A DNA stretch of 64,000 nucleotides from a bacterium (GTDB lineage Bacteria; Hinthialibacterota; Hinthialibacteria; Hinthialibacterales; Hinthialibacteraceae): contig CAXXMV010000002.1 in the NCBI GenBank assembly GCA_963662285.2, forward strand, positions 1,408,001 through 1,472,000. The letters run 5' to 3'. Numbering within the stretch: position 1 is the first letter of the stretch; every line of letters begins with the position of its first letter. Position numbers and translations under genes: made by a program. Positions 51,701 through 59,495 of this stretch are shown piece by piece. The notes below the pieces were generated by a model. It made no database searches. It saw only the letters and a list, made by a program, of their open reading frames with translations, and was not told where the DNA came from.

Positions 51701-52908
51701 AAAAACGAATCAGCGTTCTCACTTGGATTATGAGACATATATAATCCAATGACGGCGGCGGCGTGAATGGCTGTCCGGAGAACGAATTCATCGGTTTCAT
51801 GAGTGTATATCTCTCGCAGAATATCTATAGCAAAAGAAGCCGCATCTGCCCGTTTAATAACTTCTATGCAACCTAAAGCCGCGCTGGCGCGCACCTGGGC
51901 CACGTCATCTTCCAGTGAAAGTTTTCGATAGTAAACTTTCAGATCATCCATAGAAGACTTCTGCAGGGATTGCGCCACGCCCTGTCGAACAAAAGGACTG
52001 GGGTCGTCTACCGCATAAATGAATAAATCGGCTAATTCGGGAATGCGGCTCAGGTTTTCGCCTATAATTTTTACAGCCCGGCGACGAACAAACATATCAC
52101 TATCAATACCCGGATGTTCCAGCCGCCTGCGTAGCACTTTTTTAAGCGAAGAACGAGACATGCTTTCGAGTAAAGAAAGCGCTTCGCATTGAATCCAAAC
52201 TGCCTGGCTGGATTGCAGTGAGGCGCGATAAACAAATTGTATGGTGGCGTCATCCACATAATTTTCTAAGATTTCATCAGGCAATTCGCGTAGATGAATG
52301 GATAGCGTTTTGAAAGCTGCGATCCGCACCCGGTCATCACCTTCATAAATCCAAAAGATTTTGTTCCATTTATCAAATTCGAATGAGCGCCATAGCCTTT
52401 CAATGGCATTCAGCCCGTTAGCGCGTCTTAGTAGCATGGGCCCCAACACGCAAAGCCGATCCATGCACAAGACCAACATACGCTCAATCTCACCTTGCAT
52501 TTGCTTGCATCTATCATGCATGACGTCTGCATCCATCCAACGCTTGAAGGCCTTTTTATCTTTTCTAAGATCGCGTTCGGATGAGCCTAACTTTCGGGCG
52601 TAGTCTAAGATATGCTGTTGGCGTTCCCCCGGCGTTTTTGATTGTGATAGCTGCTGATTGAAATCTGTGCTAAGAATTTTTACTTCTTTCAAGCGTGTGA
52701 ATTGCAGGATTATTTCTCTTTTAATAAATTCGTAGACTTGCATTACAGTATGATCATCATCCAGGTAGACCGATGATTTATCCAACTTTCGTTCTGGCCA
52801 TTCCAGAAAGTTCTTCGCTATCTGGTGGATAAGTTTGGCGTGAATCCGTTTTTGATGCGGTCTCATGCCATTTTCGAGCAACGCAACGATGCTGGATTTT
52901 TCACTCAT
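48745..52908 (-). CDS. pgsB: HEAT-repeat-fused poly-gamma-glutamate synthetase PgsB/CapB-like (Mur-ligase family) protein
   Basis: After a TM helix come GTRGKSGTERL, SKTTG, WECMGLTPSY, TNTYPDHEDVQGP, PDLG, NGMSANE, NNRADR and GIQNIKGTG, the ordered PgsB/CapB motifs. N-terminal HEAT-like repeats: DRVRIAA, FVRRRAV, DPSPFVRQGVA, QVRASAA, SVRRWA. Confidence 0.85.
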   Translation of the reverse strand: MSEKSSIVALLENGMRPHQKRIHAKLIHQIAKNFLEWPERKLDKSSVYLDDDHTVMQVYEFIKREIILQFTRLKEVKILSTDFNQQLSQSKTPGERQQHILDYARKLGSSERDLRKDKKAFKRWMDADVMHDRCKQMQGEIERMLVLCMDRLCVLGPMLLRRANGLNAIERLWRSFEFDKWNKIFWIYEGDDRVRIAAFKTLSIHLRELPDEILENYVDDATIQFVYRASLQSSQAVWIQCEALSLLESMSRSSLKKVLRRRLEHPGIDSDMFVRRRAVKIIGENLSRIPELADLFIYAVDDPSPFVRQGVAQSLQKSSMDDLKVYYRKLSLEDDVAQVRASAALGCIEVIKRADAASFAIDILREIYTHETDEFVLRTAIHAAAVIGLYMSHNPSENADSFFAMAVERLDYLHINATSLSVRRWASMGLEQIWCNTNAEARKLKEKLESIIKAIPPGRSRRIPRKWFKGLSDDFIGRVLAVLSQDDFGLDFKRGFLRPCITRGFVFRFRLWRMIYELRHPSSDKRQAFNHTIGRVSHSSIRAPSAILAELSETKVPGEPLFIPTENGWRPYLPLADDFLSCLNTLRNRPVRFYTHEGITEIRAPRFWPTRLWAYISLTFNFALLAQMRNWSETSNKDPRQYIQAMRQKGFRINFRSYNTIEEKQAVPDPMIERFFPLSFPMLELQGLGERILNYFLSVYENSLFELSIFLVAITLLFLGNHWLLYRRLQKARQSIPLVMGGWGTRGKSGTERLKAALLNSSGFQVFSKTTGCEAMFMFGHTFGRLHELFIFRSYDKATIWEQKDVVHLASRLNSEVYLWECMGLTPSYVEILQKKWMRDDFSTITNTYPDHEDVQGPAGINIPQVMTCFIPKHSVLLTSEEQMKPLLHDASQEFKTRFHTVGWLEAGMLTDDVLDRFPYKEHPFNVALVISLAEELGIDRDFALKEMADYVIPDLGVLKVHPTAKLNRRKLDFSNGMSANERRGCIENWTRLGFHQYDPENDPGVWVTTVVNNRADRIPRSRVFASMLVNDLSADRHYLIGGNLKGMMGYIREAWEQYADTITLSIQRQDKVTPPEDVLLMYAKKFRIPYTENMLKSALSSMLDAVDNPPAEQVVDQIISDPDSLSSVLSSVLPVDIAQDIERYFEQERDSYQQYESIQQKVLSNDSSDPAVLQELKKLLTNRFFSKFVVIDDYYASGEEVIHTICESTPPGYLNHIMGIQNIKGTGLDFVYRWQAWDKCHQACQRAQQEDVSLMLDGLTELANFQEFGLLSEIAVRETLDYLKTSLAAQREDIQAFQNVISRNLEIQLEKIYENLEGTSSRKGGIFLTGIIEFIESFIDGYDAIKRQRMAKRVYKDLIRQRISLQNASVVLKALNRRQKGGWLKW

Positions 52909-52985
52909 TACCTAACCTCAACCATTGTGTCTGATTTCATGGTTTTATAAATTATCCTGTATCTATTCACTGTTTTTGCAATCGA

Positions 52986-55900
52986 TTATTCCTCGATAAA
53001 TAATGGCATACATCTTTCCCGCAAGTCCATGAAATCCAATTCACCCGGCTTGAAATCGCGATAGGCGCGTGCGCTGCCGAAATGCCAGGTCAGGAAAATG
53101 TTGGCTGTTGCGTCTTTGTTATCGATATCATATCTGACGCTCCCCCCTAATTCGATACGCTTGCGTTTACCCATCCAAAAATCATGCAGTAGATCCAGCG
53201 AAATCGCTTTACGGGTAGTCGTGGATTTACGATCATCATCATTCAGAAAGTGATTTAAATGAAAAGTGGTGGATATTTCGGTATTTCGCAACCTTTGTTT
53301 CCAACCAGTTTTGAAATAAAGGTGATCCGGTTGTTGGGATTTAAATAATTCATTCGTGGCCAGGCCGCCAATGGTCCACCATTCTGAATCCTGCCAGGGT
53401 CTATAGCGCAGAGTGTCCGATATTCGAAAACCATTTTGATGTTGTTGTTTGTATGGCGTGTAGATATCCTGATCCAGCTGCTGGAGACCGAAAGCAGAAG
53501 ATGGGTTTAAACTTAAATGCCTGCTGAAGAAGGATAGTCTTGGCGTATGCCGTAATGTAGGCGACAGTTCGATTGAGCGGCTTACGCCCATACGTAAAAC
53601 GGCAGACATTTCCAAATCTTCACGCGAAGAGTTTGAGGTGTCATCAATATCCTGCACATACAACTCTCCCCCGTAATTAAAAGTCCAGGGCGTCCAGTCA
53701 GGGGCGTAGCGAATCTCTTCTATTAAACCAAGGGTAGGGCCGCCAGGCGAGCGATAACGAGTCAATACTTCATTTTGAAAAAATGTATTCCAAGGCTCAT
53801 GATAATATCTATAAGCAACGTTTGTTTCAATGTAATCATCAAAATCTGCATTACGCTCAAAGTCTTCTTCTATAATGCGGCGCCTACGACCCTCGGTTGT
53901 CAGCGACCATGTTCCATTATACCGTTCTTCCACAGGCCCTGAGAGCCATTGTTTTTCAAGCAATTCTTCTGGATATTCATCCAACTGAACCAATGTTTCA
54001 GAGACAGGAATAGCTTCTTTTTCAATAAGATTAGGAGAGGCCTCTGGCTTGATCTCATTGGGCGTCCTATTAAAAATACGGTAGAATCCTTCTTCCCGGT
54101 CCGATTCAGGTTTGATGTAAACCTTCTGCAATCCCTCCTCAACATAGCGGTATTTCAATATTGTAGTTGTTCCCTGTAGTTCATCGATTCGCAACCAGGT
54201 CGGCCCCTGAATGTTCAGCTCAATGGGTTCTGTTGCAGTTGCAACATGATAAAAACGTTGGTTTGTTGGTACTAAAGAGTCAGGTGAAATCGTTTGTTCC
54301 TCACCTGGATGGTTCACATAGGTTTTCTTTACAACGACATATTGATTCACAACAGGATTCAGCGTCCAACAACGGAAGGCGTGTTCACCTGTTGGAATAG
54401 TGACTTGAATCCTTGCCGAAGGTGATTCCTGGTTAAGTTCGATAGTATTTTCCTGCCCGTCATCAATTTGATACGCAATGTTCATTGGCAATACTGGTAA
54501 ATAGTCTGGAACTTGCAGCGAAAAATCAATCTGTATATCAGTTGGATTATGATTGAGCATATAAAGTCCCAGGCTTTTATCGCCAAATATGACTTCTTCA
54601 TCCTTGAGGAGTGGTTGAATCAAGTTTTTGCGAACTTGCAATGTTGGACTTTCCGGCATCCAACCGGATGTTTCTTCAAAATGTGAACCGGCATTATGCT
54701 CTACGCTGGTGATCCGTTCCCAACTCAGATTACTTGTTAAGCGCGTGTAGAGAGATTGCATATTGGGAATATGTTTGTTTTCCCAATATAATTTCTCACC
54801 CAGCATTTGGGCATGAAATTTATATTGCGGAAATTGCTCGGCAATCCAAAGCAGATCAGTCATTCTTTGTATTGCATCTTTCTTTTCCTCAACAAAGTTC
54901 CTTAAAACTATTGAAGGATCAATATCTTTATTTGAACTCTTTTCATGAAGGATCAAGAAATTTTCCAGCTTTTTTGAGGAGAATGCTTGTATGTTCAATT
55001 GAGAAGAATAGGTTAGGGGTGAATATATATTCAATAAACTAATACTATCAGTAGCCGAAGCAGGGATTAACGAAATGGTAAAATTCATTGAGTCAGTAGC
55101 ATCCAAAGGAGAAGGAACATACTTTCCCGAAATAGCGGCTTCGATAGTTTGCGGCGTGATAGGAGGAAGGATGCCTAGGGGATGACGTGGCGCACGATAA
55201 GCCGCACGCACAAAAAGTTCAGAATGTAATGCATTAATTTCTATCCGATGTCGCCCTTGTTCTATTTCAATAACAGCATCGACATAGTTTCCCACTAGTT
55301 GCTCTTCACTCGAGATCAAGCGCATTGCATTGTTCGGCATATTGTTGGTGATGGGTATCCGCTGAATTTGATCCCCGGTCTTGATCATAATCCAATCATT
55401 CAATGGCGTATCAGGTTGACTCAGATAAAGCGGTCGAATCTCTAATTGAAGTGTAATAGGACCTTGCGCTTCATAAATCACAGGTTGATCTGAGTTAGCG
55501 AAATAGCCATGGATAAACAAATCCCGGTCAATATTGTATAACCTACCAGCTCCAGCTGAGGTATTAATCAACGTATCCGCTGAACGCCATTCCTTGTTTG
55601 CGGGAGATGAGTTCCAGTCTTTTTGCCATTGCTGAATGGATTGCAATCGTTGATCCACTTCCTGAGAAGATAAGCCTGCGGCAATCCGTTCCTGCTCTTC
55701 TATGTCATCGGCTAACATAGACCCTTGATTGTCCGACTGGAGGAGCAATCGCTTGGTTTCTGTCATCTGTCCTAAAGCAAGCGCTTTGCGTCCCGACCAA
55801 TACGCCTTACGCTTTGGCGATGCAATTGTTTGCGCGACGCGGTCAAAAATGCGAAACCATTGGATTTTCAACGCGGTTTCCAGAAGAGTCTCGCTGGCGT

Positions 55901-58382
55901 CACCCATCATTGCAGCGGCGTGAGCGGCCAGGAAAGCAAATTCCGGTTTATCATCTTGCAGCAACGCTTTAGCCAGTTCGGTATAGTTTTCGCAACTAGG
56001 GTCATCATACAATGCCGCAGCGTAAAGTTGAACAACGCCATTCCAGTCATTTTCTCCACGCCGTAGATCTAACAGTTTTTGAAAAGCCTTTTTACGGAAT
56101 TGAGGATCATTTTCATAAGACCAAATTCCCCGGTATTGTTGCTTGGCCAGGAAAAACTCGCCCAAATGCTCCAATATCCGGGCGCGGCCAAGAAGGGCTT
56201 CCTGACGATGGGATTCACTTGAACTTTCAGTGCCATGCAGCAGTGAATTCCAATAGGATAAGGCCGTGATCCATTGCTCTGTTTTTTCATGTTCCAACGC
56301 CAGGTCATAAAGTTGAGTTGCTTGAAGAGCCGTGTACTCATCATTTTTGTTCACTTTGGATCTGATTGGTGGTTCAACCGATGCCGATAAAGTTATTGCG
56401 CTTTTACTTAAATAGCGAAGAAAAGGCAGCCAATGGTTGTAGATTTGCTGTTCATCTTCTGTATTGCAAGACAATTCCAATGATGTTTTATAAATATCAA
56501 TTTCAGTTAACTTGGTGAAAAAATCGGGAGAAAGCTGATCCATATGATGCAGGTATTCTCCTTCCGGAAGCTGGAAAGGTTTCGAGGCGCGGTAAGCAAG
56601 CGAAACATGAAGATTATCTTGTATCTCATCATCTCTCCATAGTTTTACAGTTTGAGTATTAGCAGGAAGAGGTATCTCTGTATAATGAACTTCGCTTAAT
56701 TGCGCAGGTGGATCGAAGCGGGAAAAACCACCGCTTAGTGAAGCGCCGCGATAGTTGGGATTCATACGATTCAAGATGGCAAGACTTTCTCCTATAGGAG
56801 AAATTTCAAAATCATCATCGCTAAGAGAAACCTCTGCAATTAGATCCAGCCTTTGAGGTGGAACGTCATCCAATTGAATCAAAAGTCTATGTTTTGCAAG
56901 ATTATTCTCATGGCTTAATACCGCCACTCTCAATTGGCTGGGAACCGGGAGAGAAGGAATTGCGTATTCAAAAGGCTCGCCATCATTCTTCTTTAATTCA
57001 ATAAAACGTCCTAAATGCAAACGCTTGATCCATTGTTGCAGTTGTGGTTCATATAGCGATCCGCCATAAGGTAATGAGTCCCAGTTTTTTAATCGTTTTG
57101 GAATATAATAAGCATGAGAAAAATGAATGGATTGGTGGGAATTATCTGGCGAGAGTTCCCTGTAGAAAGTATTCCTGCTTTCAATAGATATCGCCTGATC
57201 CAAGAGTTCATCGGCGAAAGGTAAATGACTGGCGGCTTTGCGATAGAGAGCCGCGCTGGATAATCCGCTATCACGGCGAGAATTATCATGCAGAACACCA
57301 CGGGAAGCGCTTTGTAAGCCGGGCAGCATCGCCGGTTCTATCGCTTTGTTTAGCAAACCTGTAATCGTACCATAAAAGTCCAGCTGATTTGTTTGCTGAG
57401 GTGGATTTGATAGTAATGAAAACACTTTTTCTGCAGCAAGAATCGGTTGGTTTAAGTTAGGAAATAGATAGTCTTTTTCGGTAATGCCCGACACGCGTAC
57501 AAACAGTGCACGATTGGCATTCAACTCAATTGCGTCCATGCCGGATGGAATTGTTAGAAATCCTTTACGAAGTTGTCCTAATACCCGGATTTGATCATTC
57601 ACCAAATATGAATACCGGGTATCCGTATTTGTATCAAAATCCATAGTTGCTATCACATTATTATTATTCTGGACAGAAAGGCGATATGGTTGAGAAGGTT
57701 CAATCATATCCTCCTGATATGGGAGATAGGTTTCTATCGATATTCTCAGTAATTGATCTAAACTGAAATGTAAGGGGATGTCCGGTTCAAGCCGGTAAAA
57801 CTCCTCAGAATCAAAACGATCATCTCTTCGGATTTGGATAGGTTCAGCATCCGGTAATGCAGGCTGACTATAAGGCGCCGGATTTCTAAGGCGTTCCACA
57901 GCAGAAATAAAAACCGCCAGTTCCAATGGATGATTATAAACTCCGTTATGCTGAATGCGCATTATTCCAGGATAATTCAAATCAGGTTTATAAAACCGGG
58001 CGCCATTATCTCCATGCAGGACGGGAAAACATTGTGTATAAATACCGGAACCGTTGGAATAGGAGACATCTAAATAAAATTCTGGATCGTAATTATCAAT
58101 AGGTAATATTCTTAATGCAGCCCGGCCCGGCATCTTAAAACGAATGGATTGGCCCGGCGTCATGCGCACAACATATTTATTTTTATGATACTTGATTTGC
58201 GGTTTATAGCCCAAAAAGCAATCAGGTTTATCTATGATGTTATCCCAGATAACTGGATGTTGATATGCATTTTCTAATTCAAGTTGAAACGCATCTACCT
58301 CTGAAAAAACATAGAGTAAATTGCATCCCGAAAGGATTACCAAAAATCCAGCCCAAAATAACAATAATTTTAATCGACGCAT
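52986..58382 (-). CDS. Very large predicted lipoprotein with beta-rich modules, central TPR-like repeats and a probable C-terminal outer-membrane beta-barrel
   Basis: Lipobox LSGC at residue 20; TPR-like helices (EALLGRARILEHLGEFFLAKQQY, ELAKALLQDDKPEFA); alternating amphipathic strands in the last ~300 aa. Confidence 0.7.
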   Translation of the reverse strand: MRRLKLLLFWAGFLVILSGCNLLYVFSEVDAFQLELENAYQHPVIWDNIIDKPDCFLGYKPQIKYHKNKYVVRMTPGQSIRFKMPGRAALRILPIDNYDPEFYLDVSYSNGSGIYTQCFPVLHGDNGARFYKPDLNYPGIMRIQHNGVYNHPLELAVFISAVERLRNPAPYSQPALPDAEPIQIRRDDRFDSEEFYRLEPDIPLHFSLDQLLRISIETYLPYQEDMIEPSQPYRLSVQNNNNVIATMDFDTNTDTRYSYLVNDQIRVLGQLRKGFLTIPSGMDAIELNANRALFVRVSGITEKDYLFPNLNQPILAAEKVFSLLSNPPQQTNQLDFYGTITGLLNKAIEPAMLPGLQSASRGVLHDNSRRDSGLSSAALYRKAASHLPFADELLDQAISIESRNTFYRELSPDNSHQSIHFSHAYYIPKRLKNWDSLPYGGSLYEPQLQQWIKRLHLGRFIELKKNDGEPFEYAIPSLPVPSQLRVAVLSHENNLAKHRLLIQLDDVPPQRLDLIAEVSLSDDDFEISPIGESLAILNRMNPNYRGASLSGGFSRFDPPAQLSEVHYTEIPLPANTQTVKLWRDDEIQDNLHVSLAYRASKPFQLPEGEYLHHMDQLSPDFFTKLTEIDIYKTSLELSCNTEDEQQIYNHWLPFLRYLSKSAITLSASVEPPIRSKVNKNDEYTALQATQLYDLALEHEKTEQWITALSYWNSLLHGTESSSESHRQEALLGRARILEHLGEFFLAKQQYRGIWSYENDPQFRKKAFQKLLDLRRGENDWNGVVQLYAAALYDDPSCENYTELAKALLQDDKPEFAFLAAHAAAMMGDASETLLETALKIQWFRIFDRVAQTIASPKRKAYWSGRKALALGQMTETKRLLLQSDNQGSMLADDIEEQERIAAGLSSQEVDQRLQSIQQWQKDWNSSPANKEWRSADTLINTSAGAGRLYNIDRDLFIHGYFANSDQPVIYEAQGPITLQLEIRPLYLSQPDTPLNDWIMIKTGDQIQRIPITNNMPNNAMRLISSEEQLVGNYVDAVIEIEQGRHRIEINALHSELFVRAAYRAPRHPLGILPPITPQTIEAAISGKYVPSPLDATDSMNFTISLIPASATDSISLLNIYSPLTYSSQLNIQAFSSKKLENFLILHEKSSNKDIDPSIVLRNFVEEKKDAIQRMTDLLWIAEQFPQYKFHAQMLGEKLYWENKHIPNMQSLYTRLTSNLSWERITSVEHNAGSHFEETSGWMPESPTLQVRKNLIQPLLKDEEVIFGDKSLGLYMLNHNPTDIQIDFSLQVPDYLPVLPMNIAYQIDDGQENTIELNQESPSARIQVTIPTGEHAFRCWTLNPVVNQYVVVKKTYVNHPGEEQTISPDSLVPTNQRFYHVATATEPIELNIQGPTWLRIDELQGTTTILKYRYVEEGLQKVYIKPESDREEGFYRIFNRTPNEIKPEASPNLIEKEAIPVSETLVQLDEYPEELLEKQWLSGPVEERYNGTWSLTTEGRRRRIIEEDFERNADFDDYIETNVAYRYYHEPWNTFFQNEVLTRYRSPGGPTLGLIEEIRYAPDWTPWTFNYGGELYVQDIDDTSNSSREDLEMSAVLRMGVSRSIELSPTLRHTPRLSFFSRHLSLNPSSAFGLQQLDQDIYTPYKQQHQNGFRISDTLRYRPWQDSEWWTIGGLATNELFKSQQPDHLYFKTGWKQRLRNTEISTTFHLNHFLNDDDRKSTTTRKAISLDLLHDFWMGKRKRIELGGSVRYDIDNKDATANIFLTWHFGSARAYRDFKPGELDFMDLRERCMPLFIEE

Positions 58383-58518
58383 GGCAGCATTATTTCCGGC
58401 GCGAAGCCTTTATTTCTGAATGGTCTCTATTTCAATTATCGTACTGCATATACTTTTTCAGGCATAAAACAAAACTCTATCAATCGTCAGTAAATAAGTG
58501 ATTGAGCAATGATCAAAA

Positions 58519-59466
58519 TCATCCCCCATTAATAAAACAACTCAAAAAATCAGCTCGTAAATCTTTTTGATCACGTAAGCGCTTGCGGAATGTGCGGCTC
58601 ATCTCTACATGAAAAAATTGATCTGAATCATGTTGTTGATATGCCTTGGCAGCGATGTTCTGGGTTCCACCGAGTTGAAAAACATGAATGGGAAATACTG
58701 CGACGCGAATGGCTTGAAATTTTGGCAGGCATTTTGATATCTCATACAATTTCGCAGAGGGTTGCAACCCGCCATTACTCAAAATAATATCCTCGACCAA
58801 GGTCTCACCATTTCGTTTTATAACGGGACCAAAACCGTGTAACTGCAGCACGGATAGCGCTGGCTTCGCATCAACCGCTGCTAGTGTCAGTGCGTGAAAA
58901 AATGAAGTCTTCTCCTTGCCAAAATCCACTTTGTTACGGTGCACCGTATTCCATGCGCCAACCCTGGCCTGACTTTCCAGGAATAAACGCACAGCAATAA
59001 GCCCGGTATAGTAGTCATGATAACGATGCGGCGCCTGGATTATCAAAGGGACGCTTGACTCAACGCGAAAAATGAAGAAGCCGTAAGGCGCCGTATGCTG
59101 AGTATCCGGGCTTAGAACCCAAAGAGTCTCATCATTATAGATAATCTCATGCAATTTATACCCCGCATCACTCCATTGTTTTTCCATCTCAGTCTTTTCA
59201 ACTGATTGAGTCAGCATCTGCTTAAATAACTTCCAGGCGCATTGGAACTGGTCTGGAGATGGAGCAACGTAATCAACTTTGCTTTTGGATTGGTTAAACA
59301 ATTGCAATAAGAGTTTTTCACCAGTTTCTGCTAAGACTGGCGCTCCGGAAAACAGAACAATTAGAAGTGATATCCCAATCAATCGTAATGAAGATATCTT
59401 TCTTTTACTGGAACCGGGATTTTTCCAATGAAATAAATTATCAGATACTATATTGAATAAAAACAT
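58519..59466 (-). CDS. Secreted putative zinc hydrolase, remote gamma-PGA hydrolase (PghP)/N-formylglutamate amidohydrolase-like
   Basis: Signal peptide ending VLA; ordered motifs QAPHRYHD, LQLHGF, LGGTQN and HVEMSRTFR. Confidence 0.6.
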   Translation of the reverse strand: MFLFNIVSDNLFHWKNPGSSKRKISSLRLIGISLLIVLFSGAPVLAETGEKLLLQLFNQSKSKVDYVAPSPDQFQCAWKLFKQMLTQSVEKTEMEKQWSDAGYKLHEIIYNDETLWVLSPDTQHTAPYGFFIFRVESSVPLIIQAPHRYHDYYTGLIAVRLFLESQARVGAWNTVHRNKVDFGKEKTSFFHALTLAAVDAKPALSVLQLHGFGPVIKRNGETLVEDIILSNGGLQPSAKLYEISKCLPKFQAIRVAVFPIHVFQLGGTQNIAAKAYQQHDSDQFFHVEMSRTFRKRLRDQKDLRADFLSCFINGG

Positions 59467-59495
59467 GTCTCACCTTTTTTATCTTAATATTAAAA

